From an uncultured virus (IMG/VR IMGVR_UViG_3300047322_000758) (Duplodnaviria > Heunggongvirae > Uroviricota > Caudoviricetes): a stretch of 64,000 bases of DNA. Where the stretch lies: the IMG/VR virus record IMGVR_UViG_3300047322_000758. The stretch is one strand, 5' to 3'. Position 1 is the first letter of the stretch. Each line of letters starts with the position of its first letter. Below the pieces are notes generated by a model. The model searched no databases. It had not been told where the DNA came from and saw only the letters and a program-made list of their open reading frames with translations. Positions 47,401-57,149 of the stretch are shown piece after piece. The position numbers were made by a program, and so were the translations under genes.

Positions 47401-49172
47401 TCTTGCGATGAGAACTGCGGCCCACCCACAAATGCGCAGTCACTTGGGCCGGTGAATGGCAGGCAGCCGCCTCCACCGAATCTCCATCCTGTGACACGCT
47501 CGAGACAGGCGAAAATCTCTCCGATGCTCGTGCCCGGAGCCTCTGTGGCGAACGGAATGGCGGCAATCCGGTTGAGGTCGTAATGCGGCGCGTAGGCCAC
47601 GTACTGGTAGTAGTTCGTACCAGACTGGTCGTGGTGCTGCGTGTTCTTCCGGATGGTGTAGGTGACGTGGTTGATTGGATGGACGATGGTCGTCCCGTTC
47701 TGTCGCTTCGTGCGCACGATGAGGCTGCCGGAGCCGTCGTAGTGGCTGATGGGCACCTTCCACTCGATGGTGTCAGTCCCATCGCTCTCCTTGACCCTCC
47801 AGATGAGGTCAAACGAGTCGGAGTCCGGCATCAGCGCAGCGAAGTAGTTTTGGAGCGAACCGGAAGGCGGCGTCGCGGAAAGCTCGGAATCCAGGAACGG
47901 AGATGGCGGCGGACCGCCCGTGACGGATATCTGGCCGACGTCGTAGAGGTACGGCCTTCCAATATCTTCTGAGGAAGGGATGCCGCCCTGGATGGACTTG
48001 TAGGCGTTGGTGATGGACGGAGTGCCAATCATCTCCTGCGCGAAGCTGATGTCGTGAATGTAGTCATCCTTCGTCAGGGCGCCAGCATTCAGCTCCCAGA
48101 ATCCTGGAAGGGTGATGTTGCCGCCTAATGACGGCGTGCCGATGCCACCCTCTGGACCGATGCCCACGATGATGATTGAATCTACGCCACCAGTGACGGA
48201 CGCGGTCCCGATGCCGCCTTCAGACCCTATCCCAGCGAGGATGATGTCTGCTGCAAGCGTCGGTGTGCCAATGCCGCCCTCTATGCCGATGCCGAGGAGC
48301 TCGATCATTCCGGGGACGCCGACGATGGGGACACCGACGCTTCCTTCGGGCCCAATGCCGAGGAGCGTGATGTAATTGATCGGCGTCTGTGTGATGGACA
48401 CCCTCTGCAGCGGGGGCGTCGCGACGGCATTTGCGCCGGCTCCAGCGGCTGCGGTAACGGCAGGCTGCGAGCCATTGACGGTCTGCAGCGGCGGACTCGC
48501 GACAGCGTTGCCAGATGCAAAGACAGACGGCTGGAAGATTGTGATGGAGGATTGCTCGAGGACGGCCGGGACGGTGACCGCCACTCCTCCTATCTCGAGC
48601 TGCCGGACGCTGACCGTCTGCAGCGGCGGCGCGGCTATCTGTTCGCCCGTAACGATCGGAGCGAACTGGTTAACGCCAGTCACCTGGAGTCTTGGGAAAT
48701 CGCTCGGCGCGGTAGCCGTTACCGCGAACTGCGATATGAGAATCCGCTGGAGTGGCGGATGGACCGTTACGCGACGATGACCGTGGACGATAGATGCCGT
48801 GGCGGTCGGGTCGAATTGCGCTATGGATGCGTTCTGCTTCGGGGCCGCATAATGCGCCGCAGGCTGCAGAACGCTGACTGTCTGCAGCGGAGCGGTCGCG
48901 GTGCCGATGACTGCGGGAGATGCCGCGGGTTGACTGGCAGATACCGTCTGCAGGGGAGCGGTCGCGTTGCCGGTGAGAGATGCCGCGGGTTGACTAACGC
49001 TGACTGTCTGCAGGGGAGCGGTCGCGGCGCCGATGACTGGGGGGGATGGCTGTAGCGCCGGATATGGCTCGTTATTACGGCTATAGCGGAACGTCTCAGT
49101 CGAAAGTGAACCGATTTCCGGCAGCGGCTCCCCATTCCGGCTGTAGAGGAACTGCCTTGTATCAACTGTCAC
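44403..49172 (-). CDS. large minor tail protein (hub/Tal-like) with N-terminal repeats
   Basis: 1589 aa, downstream of the Dit-like gene; PLQTVS.SQP and GIG.EGGIGTP repeats; PQVTYSG...LGRWV...D hub-like segment. Confidence 0.7.
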   Translation of the reverse strand: MTVDTRQFLYSRNGEPLPEIGSLSTETFRYSRNNEPYPALQPSPPVIGAATAPLQTVSVSQPAASLTGNATAPLQTVSASQPAASPAVIGTATAPLQTVSVLQPAAHYAAPKQNASIAQFDPTATASIVHGHRRVTVHPPLQRILISQFAVTATAPSDFPRLQVTGVNQFAPIVTGEQIAAPPLQTVSVRQLEIGGVAVTVPAVLEQSSITIFQPSVFASGNAVASPPLQTVNGSQPAVTAAAGAGANAVATPPLQRVSITQTPINYITLLGIGPEGSVGVPIVGVPGMIELLGIGIEGGIGTPTLAADIILAGIGSEGGIGTASVTGGVDSIIIVGIGPEGGIGTPSLGGNITLPGFWELNAGALTKDDYIHDISFAQEMIGTPSITNAYKSIQGGIPSSEDIGRPYLYDVGQISVTGGPPPSPFLDSELSATPPSGSLQNYFAALMPDSDSFDLIWRVKESDGTDTIEWKVPISHYDGSGSLIVRTKRQNGTTIVHPINHVTYTIRKNTQHHDQSGTNYYQYVAYAPHYDLNRIAAIPFATEAPGTSIGEIFACLERVTGWRFGGGGCLPFTGPSDCAFVGGPQFSSQEASVLTELFQISSTFGGVWRWDEFNHYAFLECSVGAGSSIVADYKTNLLSAERTEEDKPQQQVLVTEDINGVIHGESAAMALLELQAEDACEQYQAELQSQLAQQNNADNSQFDPCTIASGSSGSSQTASLPTFKFTSNALKSQRTYLRELYLLSQAPQVTYSGAVLDTSMLQGGSPEGRIPLGRWVTFKDDEADIHDVVRCVGADYNLLEPEKTSYQFDNEVPWENISNQALTVASAANAQALAGLLGVPKNPKLAPGPTANQNSKQDTSQCLDDAAIEADWIPPPTCVGKGQKLVNALEDKQAQYLKLLDFGTSIQAQAEAALGYMEGVKAGAEGQGVNLPVGQFINGLHATIFKIKQAILTAEVAVLQAQQDLDNANEIAGAEGGMWGFMLSTIVSDSSGGSGSAVSCDSLKGAADKAQTAKNASDKIEKGHWQWSVQQFKVGDCPPDPLPSDATNMGVDSGLDKAVKSTADGACYFARITANNPVLGTQSGDQTTHGHINCGDITTDTTETGGSGSGAGGGGGTPIIDGQTMFVVYHLLKDMVDANVLLNKQWDAITKTDKLAEELRNNVKECVAKASDQALTSLALCDQQKTDNPPQPTTADGGGGGNCPEGQHESCSDGYGCVCVDDRIQFQDKVDVYRGFGNPLTETVDGSNKVTGNAKRKPGDLGQDCITRTQSLAKLASGTAQAASVQLASIGSQLQKAENARIAATETVDTVTFPWGIDSQGLIDVVSNVRAICATIQSTADTVGTSAKKFGDLSQVGIGMSSAANALNVQNAKQVKDSNDTLNTLQGLRADINQNVSDTTASFGSLTPLWSEVARSLKTYEDGFGLWAMAIAGIEPQKFNTDTGVVTDHRADALNALAPGRDALAQISSLTHNAGILINASGAAGAALLDAVDCADAYLVSAGVDIGAQRTQSVVAQNTWAVDSPTMDLNPDALPTLDPDYDRVQDSDGRTIQRMSVRSAEPDNPNVNDVWIQTETDYLPPSPVPSDS
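48860..49040. repeat. intragenic ~60-66-nt tandem repeats
   Basis: Three copies of GTCTGCAG(C/G)GGAGCGGTCGCG. Confidence 0.75.
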
Positions 49173-51217
49173 GGTTGTGGCTTAGCAAACCAGGCATGGC
49201 CGCTCGCGGACGTGGAGCGGCTAATGAATCGCAATGTCACTACCCCGTCAGCAGTCGGCGTGATTGAGCTAAATGAGAGCGTCGTCCAGGCTCCGCTTCC
49301 GCCACCCGCATTCGTCACTGTCTGATCCGTGACACCAATCTGACCGCCGCCCGTCAGGAGCACTTGCGGGTAATTCGTTCCTGCGTAACCTGCGTCATAC
49401 TGGCTATCGACCGTAATCGTGATAGTTGCGCCGGACGCGACTGGATAGCGAAACTCGTGATCGTCATAGCCGGTAAGCTTGATCGACTGATTTCCGGCAC
49501 CGTCCGTCGTGCTCGCGTCGATCACGCCCATGTCGTGACGTTCGAGTGCGCCTACGGCGGCGAGAGTATTGCCACCTGCCGGGCGCGGTCGGTTGAGCAA
49601 ATCGGCGTAGGACATCTGTGGGAGTGTATAAAAAACGACGAGGCGCATGTAGTCGATCAGGACTTGGTTGCCGGCGCCAGAACTACAGGTGAAACTCGCG
49701 CCGACACCGAAGCCGGAGTTATTCACATCGGTTGGACTTAAGGTTGCGCCCCAGAGTTGGCCATCACCCTGGCACACACGGCCAGTGATACCGGCCCCGC
49801 CACCGCCAAGGATGGAACCCACGGTACTCCCGCTCACGTTCAGGACGCTGCCATGCTGGGAAGTTCCCGTCACGGCTCCCGCCTTCAGGAGTTTTAGTGT
49901 CGTGAACGTCAGATTGGCATCGGCCCGGATGCAGATGTAGAGCTGGACACCGGTAATCGTGGCATCGCTCGGAATCGAGAACCCCATTCCGGTCGCTTCG
50001 ATGAGGTGACTTACCTGGCCGGTCGTAAGGGAGATGCTGGCCTCGGTACTGTCTGGGACGAGGATGTTGTTCGGGCTAGTCCAAGAGATGGTGCCAACCG
50101 AGGAATCGTCCGTTGCTGTGGTCGGTACACCGACCTGCGCCTCACAACTACTCCATCCGAGCAACGGTGACGTAGTAGATGGTGTGCCGTGCGGTCGGAC
50201 GATTGCACCACGCTGCTCCGCCTGTCCCCATTCAAGCAACTGAGCCTTGGCGTAGCTCAAACCGTTTAGGTTGAAGGTCTTGAGTCCTGCGAAAACCGTG
50301 TTGCCCGTCGCTAGCTTATTGGCGAGGAACACATTGTTTTCCTCAACGAGACAGCCTGCGTGCTGGCTTTGGGCTGTCACCAACGTATTGGTACTACCAC
50401 GAACCATGACGAGATTATTCAGGAACAGCAACGGGTATTGATCGGACCAGGAATTGCCGTTGATGATGCTCAGAATGCTCTGGCCGCAACTTCCCTCGAT
50501 GGTGCAGTTGAGGATTTTTAGGCCCCCAGCCTTGCCGCCGACGTTCGCGGAGTCGCTATTGATGTTGAAGAATTTGTGTGTGATATGACCAATGAACCGG
50601 CAGTTCTGATAAGTAACGCCCACATCCCAATGCGGGCTCGCCTGCGATGCAGCCACGAGACCCATCATGTCGCGGTCGCTCGCTGTTCCGTCTACGTTCG
50701 TGGCGACGAACGTGCAGCGGTCAGCTAGAAAGTTCTTGGGTACGCCTGCGGCGGCCGTGAGATAAAGCACACTCGATTGAATGCCGATCACGACGCAATC
50801 AAGCAGCTTTAGGTCATGGTTGGTGGCTGAGCCGCCGAAGTAATCCGAAAAGCAGTCCGTCGAACCCGTGTTGGCGCCGATGATGGTCATAAATTGGAAA
50901 GTGTAACGATTCTTATTGTTGCAGTCGATGGTTGGACCACTGGAAGCTGGGGCCGTAGTGTCGTTAGTGGTATAGCCAGTAACAGTAACCTCGCCAGCAT
51001 CGCCCGTCTTGGCACCATCGACATCGCCGATGATCTTCGTCTCGGCCGTCGCCGCGACGGAGCACTGCAACAACTCTCGATAAACGCCAGCGCCGACGTA
51101 GACGGTATCGCCTGACGCGATGGCGCCGAGCGCATGGCTAATCGTCAGCCAGGCAGCACCCGCAGAAGTCCCCGCAGCACCGTTAGAACCTGTCTTACGG
51201 ACGTAATAGGTGGTCAC
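49169..51217 (-). CDS. tail spike/fibre with beta-helix (pectin-lyase-like) domain
   Basis: TYYVRKTGSNG...AWLTI..A...GDTVYVGAGVY.E start typical of parallel beta-helix proteins. Confidence 0.7.
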   Translation of the reverse strand: MTTYYVRKTGSNGAAGTSAGAAWLTISHALGAIASGDTVYVGAGVYRELLQCSVAATAETKIIGDVDGAKTGDAGEVTVTGYTTNDTTAPASSGPTIDCNNKNRYTFQFMTIIGANTGSTDCFSDYFGGSATNHDLKLLDCVVIGIQSSVLYLTAAAGVPKNFLADRCTFVATNVDGTASDRDMMGLVAASQASPHWDVGVTYQNCRFIGHITHKFFNINSDSANVGGKAGGLKILNCTIEGSCGQSILSIINGNSWSDQYPLLFLNNLVMVRGSTNTLVTAQSQHAGCLVEENNVFLANKLATGNTVFAGLKTFNLNGLSYAKAQLLEWGQAEQRGAIVRPHGTPSTTSPLLGWSSCEAQVGVPTTATDDSSVGTISWTSPNNILVPDSTEASISLTTGQVSHLIEATGMGFSIPSDATITGVQLYICIRADANLTFTTLKLLKAGAVTGTSQHGSVLNVSGSTVGSILGGGGAGITGRVCQGDGQLWGATLSPTDVNNSGFGVGASFTCSSGAGNQVLIDYMRLVVFYTLPQMSYADLLNRPRPAGGNTLAAVGALERHDMGVIDASTTDGAGNQSIKLTGYDDHEFRYPVASGATITITVDSQYDAGYAGTNYPQVLLTGGGQIGVTDQTVTNAGGGSGAWTTLSFSSITPTADGVVTLRFISRSTSASGHAWFAKPQP

Positions 51218-51273
51218 TTACTGCGGCTCCTAGCTAACGATATTGTCGTAGCTCCGGTGGCGAATGTTACTGC

Positions 51274-51723
51274 CTAGGCATGAGCCCACGCCAATATACC
51301 GCTTGCGTTCCAGGCCACTTGAAAAGTTCCGCTCGAGCTCGCTACCGAACCACCGAAGTCCCAGTAGCCGATAAGTACGTCAGTTGCGGAGCTCCCGACG
51401 ACCTTGTAGAGATAGAGGCCGCTGGCGGTGATGGTCGATGCTGCCCAGGAGAGGGTCGCCGCGGTGAACGTCTCAACGTGTGAAGCCATTGCGAGCGAGA
51501 GCGACCCAAGCGCGGCGCCTCCAGTGCTGTAGCCGGTTCCTGACGCTTCGTGGGTGATGTCAACCCTGAACTGGTGGCCCTGCTTGGTCGCATCGGACTC
51601 AGCGGTGCCGGTCGCGTTAACCAACATGCCGTAGATGGAGTCGGTGTCGAAGTCTACCGGCGTGAGGCTTCCCTGGCCGGCCTGCGCCTCAAGCCAGGTG
51701 TCCATAAAGACAGAGTTAGCCAT
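51274..51723 (-). CDS. virion/tail structural protein
   Basis: In the tail module; GTGYSTGG...YWDFG. Confidence 0.6.
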   Translation of the reverse strand: MANSVFMDTWLEAQAGQGSLTPVDFDTDSIYGMLVNATGTAESDATKQGHQFRVDITHEASGTGYSTGGAALGSLSLAMASHVETFTAATLSWAASTITASGLYLYKVVGSSATDVLIGYWDFGGSVASSSGTFQVAWNASGILAWAHA

Positions 51724-52002
51724 TTAGCCCTCCTTCGGCGTGCCGACGGTTCCAGTGGCCGTCGCCTGGAACTGTGTGATACCCGCGGCGGGCGGTGCTT
51801 GCACATTGGCTGCGCCCTCCGGTGGGTAAACTTCTTCGAACTCCCGATTCAGGTGACCACCTGCCGCGTTAATCCGGCTGATGTGACCATTGATTTCCTG
51901 CCGGACGAGATGCTTGAGCTGTGCGAGCGCGGCCATTTGCTGGTCCGCGTTCTGAAGCTCCTGATGCAGTTCTTTGACATTCATGTCTGCGAAGTCAGCC
52001 AC
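51724..52002 (-). CDS. hypothetical coiled-coil protein
   Basis: AGGAGG RBS. Confidence 0.55.
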   Translation of the reverse strand: MADFADMNVKELHQELQNADQQMAALAQLKHLVRQEINGHISRINAAGGHLNREFEEVYPPEGAANVQAPPAAGITQFQATATGTVGTPKEG

Positions 52003-52014
52003 GATAGCCCTCCT

Positions 52015-52431
52015 TTAGAGCTCGAATAGCTTAAATGCGCCCGTGTCGGGTATGACCACGATGTTGCTCCCATTGGGCGTGTCTGGGAGCCCTGTTGCCT
52101 CGTCCGTGTAGGTCATGAGCGGGCTCGTGGCGTCGGTGCCGGTATTGCGTGCCAGGATGACCGCCGTGATAGTCGCTCCGGATACAGCGGTGATCGTCTC
52201 GGACGTTGCGTTGAACACGCCGAGGGTGATGCTCTTTCCAGAGAGGTTCCCGGACCTAGCGACAATGTTGCCGCCACCGATGTCGCTGATGAACTGGTGC
52301 GTCGACAGGTTCACGACGTACCCAGACGACACCAGAATCATGATGATGTTGTGGTTCAGGCACTCGACGTAGCTCGAATGCGCCGAGCCGGCCAGCATCC
52401 CCTCCGCGTAGAGGCGATATTTGCCCTTCAC
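52015..52431 (-). CDS. virion/tail structural protein
   Basis: HQF.SDI...TG...TSPL..Y.D...GLP.TPNG. Confidence 0.6.
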   Translation of the reverse strand: MKGKYRLYAEGMLAGSAHSSYVECLNHNIIMILVSSGYVVNLSTHQFISDIGGGNIVARSGNLSGKSITLGVFNATSETITAVSGATITAVILARNTGTDATSPLMTYTDEATGLPDTPNGSNIVVIPDTGAFKLFEL

Positions 52432-52434
52432 TAG

Positions 52435-52722
52435 CTACACCGTCCCATCTTGGGACGATTCGTTGGCGTGGCGATGCATCCAGTCCTTAATCCAGGCCTT
52501 CATCTCGTCGGTCTTCTCGAGCGTCGCCGCCTTTCGCTGGCTGCAGCCGCAATTCTTGAAGACCGGCGCCTCGGACGGCATCATGTTGACTCCAGCCTGC
52601 GCAGCCTCAATGGCCTTGAGCGAGGCTTCCGCGGCAGCCGCCTGGATGGCGCTGCGACCGGCGGCGATACGCTCGCGGCTCTCACGAAGGAGCTGCTCGA
52701 CTCTGCTTTCTACTGCATCCAT
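52435..52722 (-). CDS. hypothetical protein
   Basis: GAGGAG RBS. Confidence 0.55.
   Translation of the reverse strand: MDAVESRVEQLLRESRERIAAGRSAIQAAAAEASLKAIEAAQAGVNMMPSEAPVFKNCGCSQRKAATLEKTDEMKAWIKDWMHRHANESSQDGTV
52441..52457. repeat. dispersed 17-bp palindrome, copy 6
   Basis: CGTCCCATCTTGGGACG. Confidence 0.85.
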
Positions 52723-52734
52723 GGGAATCTCCTC

Positions 52735-53142
52735 TTAGTGATGAATGAACGGATCGACGCATACGAAGGGAATCGTGAACTTCACCGTCGAAACGAGCGG
52801 CACGAAATCCGACTTGCCGGTGTATCTGGCCATGAAGTACCCGTCCCTGTCTGGCAATATTAGCGGCCTGGCTCCGGCACGCACGTCCAGGAGCGTCCCG
52901 AGCGCAATGGCATTAGACATGAGCGTCGCGTGGTTCGGCTCAACGATGAAGCAGTCCAGATTGATGTCCATGGGCCCGTAGGACGCCCCGTAATCCCAGG
53001 CGCCGTCCCTAGTCGGGATATCAACGATGCGGTCCTTTACAGGCGGCAGCAGTGGTACGTGGATACCGCTCAGGGCTATAGCTACGCCGAAGCTCAGCGA
53101 TGGGACGCCATTGAAGATGAAGCCGAGCCACTGGTCGGTCAT
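52735..53142 (-). CDS. distal tail (Dit)-like N-terminal domain protein
   Basis: F.FNG..S..FG...IP.RDG...FTIPFVCVDPF, immediately after the TMP. Confidence 0.75.
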   Translation of the reverse strand: MTDQWLGFIFNGVPSLSFGVAIALSGIHVPLLPPVKDRIVDIPTRDGAWDYGASYGPMDINLDCFIVEPNHATLMSNAIALGTLLDVRAGARPLILPDRDGYFMARYTGKSDFVPLVSTVKFTIPFVCVDPFIHH

Positions 53143-56100
53143 AAGTGAAGTCCCTGCGGATAGCCAAGCGCCTTGATGCGCTCCTGCTGTGCCGCGGTCT
53201 GCGCTTGAGAGAGCCTGCCGACGATTTGGTCGACACGACGCTCGCTGTCCACATGCATGTTCTCGACGTTGAACATGTGACCGCCGAACATAGGACTGTC
53301 ACCTCCACCGCCTCCGCCTCCGCCTGCCCCGGACCCGCCGCTCGCGGTTCCTGGCGAAGCGCTGGCACCAAATGCGGCACCGACCGCAGTGCCCATGGCG
53401 TCGGAGAGGAGGGACGAGCCGGAGGTGATGCCCATGGCAGCGCCTTGAATCAGCGGCAGGCCAATCTCCTTCATGGCACGCTTGGACGGCGAGGCAATCA
53501 GACCTTCAGCCTGTGCTGCCAGGATGGCTGAGTCCACGGCTTGCCTAGCAGCCGCTTGAATGGCAGGCATGCTCTGCACGATTCCGGTTGCAATGCCATC
53601 GCCGATGGCGTTCCCAACCGGAGTAGCCTGCTGCGTGGCGTCGGGGATGGCAGAAGCGCCACTCGCAGCGTCGTGAACGGCATTCCGAATTGCCGGTGTG
53701 CCCTGCGTAACTCCGGCCGCTATTCCACTTGTGATGGCGTTGCCAATGGCCTGCGACTGCTGTGCTACCTCGGCAGGCTTCGGCAGTAGGTCTGGAACGA
53801 AGATTTTGTTTGGCTTGACGGCAGGACCTCCGCCTGCTGCACCACCAGGACCACCGAAAGCAGACGCGCCCTGCGAGGCTGCGGCCATATCGATGACGAC
53901 CTTCTTTTGGTCGTTGAGAATCTGGAGTTGGTCCTGCAACTGCTTGGTATGGAAATCATCGCCCTGGGTTTGGACCGTCTGGGTATCCTTTGCCAGGCCA
54001 AGTGCCGTAGTTGCCGCTTGGATTTTCTGGTTGGCGGCCAGGAGCTCTGGGGCAGACCCATCCAGTTTGATCTTCGCCTCATCCTGCGCCAGTTTGTTCT
54101 TGGCGTCCTCAGTCTGGAGGCCGGCGTTGGCGAGGCTATTCTGGTCCTGCGCCAACTGGTTTCGGCTCTGCTCAGCGCTGATCGCAGCGTTGATTCTCGA
54201 GAGCTCCTTATCCAGTGCATCAGTCTTCTGGCCCTGCGCCTGAAGGGACTGCTGCTGGATTTGCAGTTGATCCCGCTGGACCTGAAGTTGCAGGAGCGCA
54301 GGGTCCGTACCGCTCGTGTGTCCCTGGGCGGCCAGGAGATCATGCGACTTTGTGATCTGGTCCTGGATGGCCGTCGCCTGCTGCTGAAGGGTCTGAAGAT
54401 ACTGCTCGGCCGGCTGACGGGCCTGCTCGATCTGGTCCTTGATCTCGGTCCAGTGATTCTTGCTCTCGACCAGAGGTTCGTTCTGCGCATCGAAGGACTT
54501 TTTGAGCTCGTCCGAATGGGTCTTCGCCTCGTCGATCTGGACCGTCAGATCGTGCATCTGCGGTGTGGGTAGATTTGCCCACTCCTTCGCCTTCGCCGTC
54601 AGGTCGTCAAATTCCTTCTTGGCCGGGTCGACAAAGCCGGTCTTCAGCTCGGTGAGCATGTTCTGGTCGGCCTGGACGGCTGCGCTGTCACCGCTGGCTA
54701 GGTCGGACTGCAGCTTCTCCTGCCACTGCTCCTCAAGCTGCAGCATGTTCGCGTAACGATCTCTGGCCGATGCAAGGATGGACTGGTCACTCGCGGACAG
54801 TTGTGCGTTGACGCTGGCGTTCTTGCCGACCAATTGGTCGTAAGCCAGATTCGCTATCTGTAGCTTGGTGTTCTGGACATCGCTCCAGGCGCTGAGTTGG
54901 CTCTTCCAGCTTGACTCGATGGCCGTATTCGCCTCGTTCGCCTTCTTGATGCTCTGGTCGTAGGATTTTTGCTCCGCATCCCGCTTCTCGCCGAGACCGG
55001 CGATTTTGGCATCCAACTGCTTGCGGTCTTCGGCAGACATGGTCTCGGTGCTCTGCCGTTGGAGGCCGTTGATCTGTGCCTGGTAGCCCTGGATTGCCTG
55101 AAGCTGTTGTGATGCCGACTGGATGGACGAATCCCGAATGTTTTGCCAGTCTTCGACTGTGTGGTCCTTATACGTTCCACTGGCCTTTGCCATCTCGTCA
55201 TAATCCTTCGAGATGGTGGCTGCCGAGGCATCGGTGGTTTTGGCCAGTGAGGTACTCGCCTTGGCCGCGGCGTCGCTATTCGAGGCGTTCTTATCGTGAG
55301 TCGCCTGCTCTTCTTTCCCCTCGTTGACAATGGAATCGACTTGTCCGGCAGCGTTGCTCTCGATCGCTTTGGCGGCTCTCCCATAAGCGTCCGCCTCGAG
55401 CTGCTTATCAGCGATTCTGGCCATTGCCTCTTCATGGACAAGTTCGGTGTGCTTCTTCTCCTCAGCGTCGGACATGACGTAGTCGCCGGTCTGTGGAGTG
55501 CCCGCACCACCTGCGGGCGGGGGCGGATTGGTGATACTTCCCGGTACAGGAATGAGATTGAGCGACTTAATTTGCGCCGCAATGTCCTTCATCCGGCTGA
55601 TTGCTTCAGCCTGAACCTGGTCGAAGTACGGGTCCATGGAGCGCTTGACGGCATCGGACGGGCCCATAAGCCAGGCGGCGAAATCGCCGATGACGCCTTT
55701 TCCTGTGCCAGGCGACCAGTGCTGCGAGTTAGTCGCCTGGTCGTAATAGGGCTGCATTGAACGCTTGACACCGCCAGGATCTCCGAACAGTGAGTCGATC
55801 AGTTTGGGCAGAAGCGCTCCGCCCGACCGCTCGGTATTCATAAAGCTCTCTGCATCGGTCTTGACCTGATCCAGAGCGCCTTTTACCCATTCGGATATCT
55901 GCGAGTCGTCCTCGTGGCCGGGTAGGGCTCCGCCAGTAAGGAGAGCCGTGAGGATGTTCCCGCCTTCCGTCTTCTGGACGAAGTTGACGGTGAACGTGTA
56001 AGCCTTACCAGCAAGAGTGGCGAGATCGCCGAGCTTTGTAATGAGATCCGTGAGGGGCGGAAGCAGATCAGTCCCAATCGAAACTCCGAGGACGGCGAGT

Positions 56101-57149
56101 TTCTGTTTGGCAATGTCCAGCTGGCGCGATGTGTTGCCGAGCGCCTCCTGGAACGCATCCTGGACCGGCGTCGCTCCTCCGGAGAAGGCATCCTGATTCG
56201 CCTTCTCGATTGACAGGAGATCAGCAAGGCCGTCGTGCAGGATGACAGTCGCGGCACGGCCGGAGATCATCCGGTTGCCGAAGATGCGGTAGACTTCGTC
56301 GCCCTGGACGCCGGCTGCATTCAAGTCCTGGAAGATGCCGACAAGGCCTCTGCTGGCTAGACCCGCAGAGGTGAAGTCGCTCACGAGATTGACGCCCGTC
56401 GTATTGGATAGCCTGGCGAGCTCCGTCTCGGCCGCCTTGGTCGGTGCGACGATCTGCTGCATCATCCGGATGATTTCAGTGCCGGACAGGGCGTAGTTCT
56501 GCCCATTCCGCGTCAGAGTCGCATAGACGGCTGAAACATCTGCCAGACTGACGCCCAAAGCAGCGGCCTGCGCCACAGCCTGCTGGCTGCCGGCGACGAA
56601 CTGGCCAAAGCTCACGTTGGCGTTCTTGCTCGCGGTCAGCAGTGTGTTCATGAAGGCGGAGGCGTCATCTCCAGATGCACCCATGACGTGCAGTGCCTGC
56701 GCCAGCTCCTGGGTCGTTTCTGCGAGGTCGGAGCCGGTGCCGACGCTCGCCTGCATTGCAACCTGGACGATTTTCTGAGAATCGGCGAGGCTGAAGCCCT
56801 CGTCCGCGGCATGGCGGAATGAGGTTGCCAGAGCCTCGAATCCGACGCCGCCCTCTTGCGACATGCTCTTAATGGAGGCGTCAACCGCGCCCATATCGGA
56901 CGAAGTCAGCAGGGAATTGGCGTGGAGCTGTTGGAGAATCTGCTGGTAGTTGGCCGCTGATTCAACGGCCTTGTCAAAGCCGAGCGCGACGGCACCAAGG
57001 GCGACACCTGTGGCGCCGAACGCCAACACGCTGCCAGCATTGAGGCTGGACATATTGCCAAGAAGGCTCGCGAGCGCGGTTATTCCAGATGTCGCCGCTG
57101 CGCCATCGAAGCCGACTTTAACGAGCAGTTCAGCCGCGCTAATAGACGT
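53139..57149 (-). CDS. tape measure protein (TP901-like core)
   Basis: More than 1300 aa, Ala-rich helical, with IASPSK near the C-terminus. The frame is open to 57167 and a TMP-like N-terminus starts at ACG 57149; the first ATG is 57053. Confidence 0.88.
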   Translation of the reverse strand, partial: TSISAAELLVKVGFDGAAATSGITALASLLGNMSSLNAGSVLAFGATGVALGAVALGFDKAVESAANYQQILQQLHANSLLTSSDMGAVDASIKSMSQEGGVGFEALATSFRHAADEGFSLADSQKIVQVAMQASVGTGSDLAETTQELAQALHVMGASGDDASAFMNTLLTASKNANVSFGQFVAGSQQAVAQAAALGVSLADVSAVYATLTRNGQNYALSGTEIIRMMQQIVAPTKAAETELARLSNTTGVNLVSDFTSAGLASRGLVGIFQDLNAAGVQGDEVYRIFGNRMISGRAATVILHDGLADLLSIEKANQDAFSGGATPVQDAFQEALGNTSRQLDIAKQKLAVLGVSIGTDLLPPLTDLITKLGDLATLAGKAYTFTVNFVQKTEGGNILTALLTGGALPGHEDDSQISEWVKGALDQVKTDAESFMNTERSGGALLPKLIDSLFGDPGGVKRSMQPYYDQATNSQHWSPGTGKGVIGDFAAWLMGPSDAVKRSMDPYFDQVQAEAISRMKDIAAQIKSLNLIPVPGSITNPPPPAGGAGTPQTGDYVMSDAEEKKHTELVHEEAMARIADKQLEADAYGRAAKAIESNAAGQVDSIVNEGKEEQATHDKNASNSDAAAKASTSLAKTTDASAATISKDYDEMAKASGTYKDHTVEDWQNIRDSSIQSASQQLQAIQGYQAQINGLQRQSTETMSAEDRKQLDAKIAGLGEKRDAEQKSYDQSIKKANEANTAIESSWKSQLSAWSDVQNTKLQIANLAYDQLVGKNASVNAQLSASDQSILASARDRYANMLQLEEQWQEKLQSDLASGDSAAVQADQNMLTELKTGFVDPAKKEFDDLTAKAKEWANLPTPQMHDLTVQIDEAKTHSDELKKSFDAQNEPLVESKNHWTEIKDQIEQARQPAEQYLQTLQQQATAIQDQITKSHDLLAAQGHTSGTDPALLQLQVQRDQLQIQQQSLQAQGQKTDALDKELSRINAAISAEQSRNQLAQDQNSLANAGLQTEDAKNKLAQDEAKIKLDGSAPELLAANQKIQAATTALGLAKDTQTVQTQGDDFHTKQLQDQLQILNDQKKVVIDMAAASQGASAFGGPGGAAGGGPAVKPNKIFVPDLLPKPAEVAQQSQAIGNAITSGIAAGVTQGTPAIRNAVHDAASGASAIPDATQQATPVGNAIGDGIATGIVQSMPAIQAAARQAVDSAILAAQAEGLIASPSKRAMKEIGLPLIQGAAMGITSGSSLLSDAMGTAVGAAFGASASPGTASGGSGAGGGGGGGGDSPMFGGHMFNVENMHVDSERRVDQIVGRLSQAQTAAQQERIKALGYPQGLHL

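Noticed and set aside
52040..52060. Self-target of the downstream array (VIPD codons in 52015-52431)
   Set aside because: Only four consecutive NN units match, which is expected by chance.
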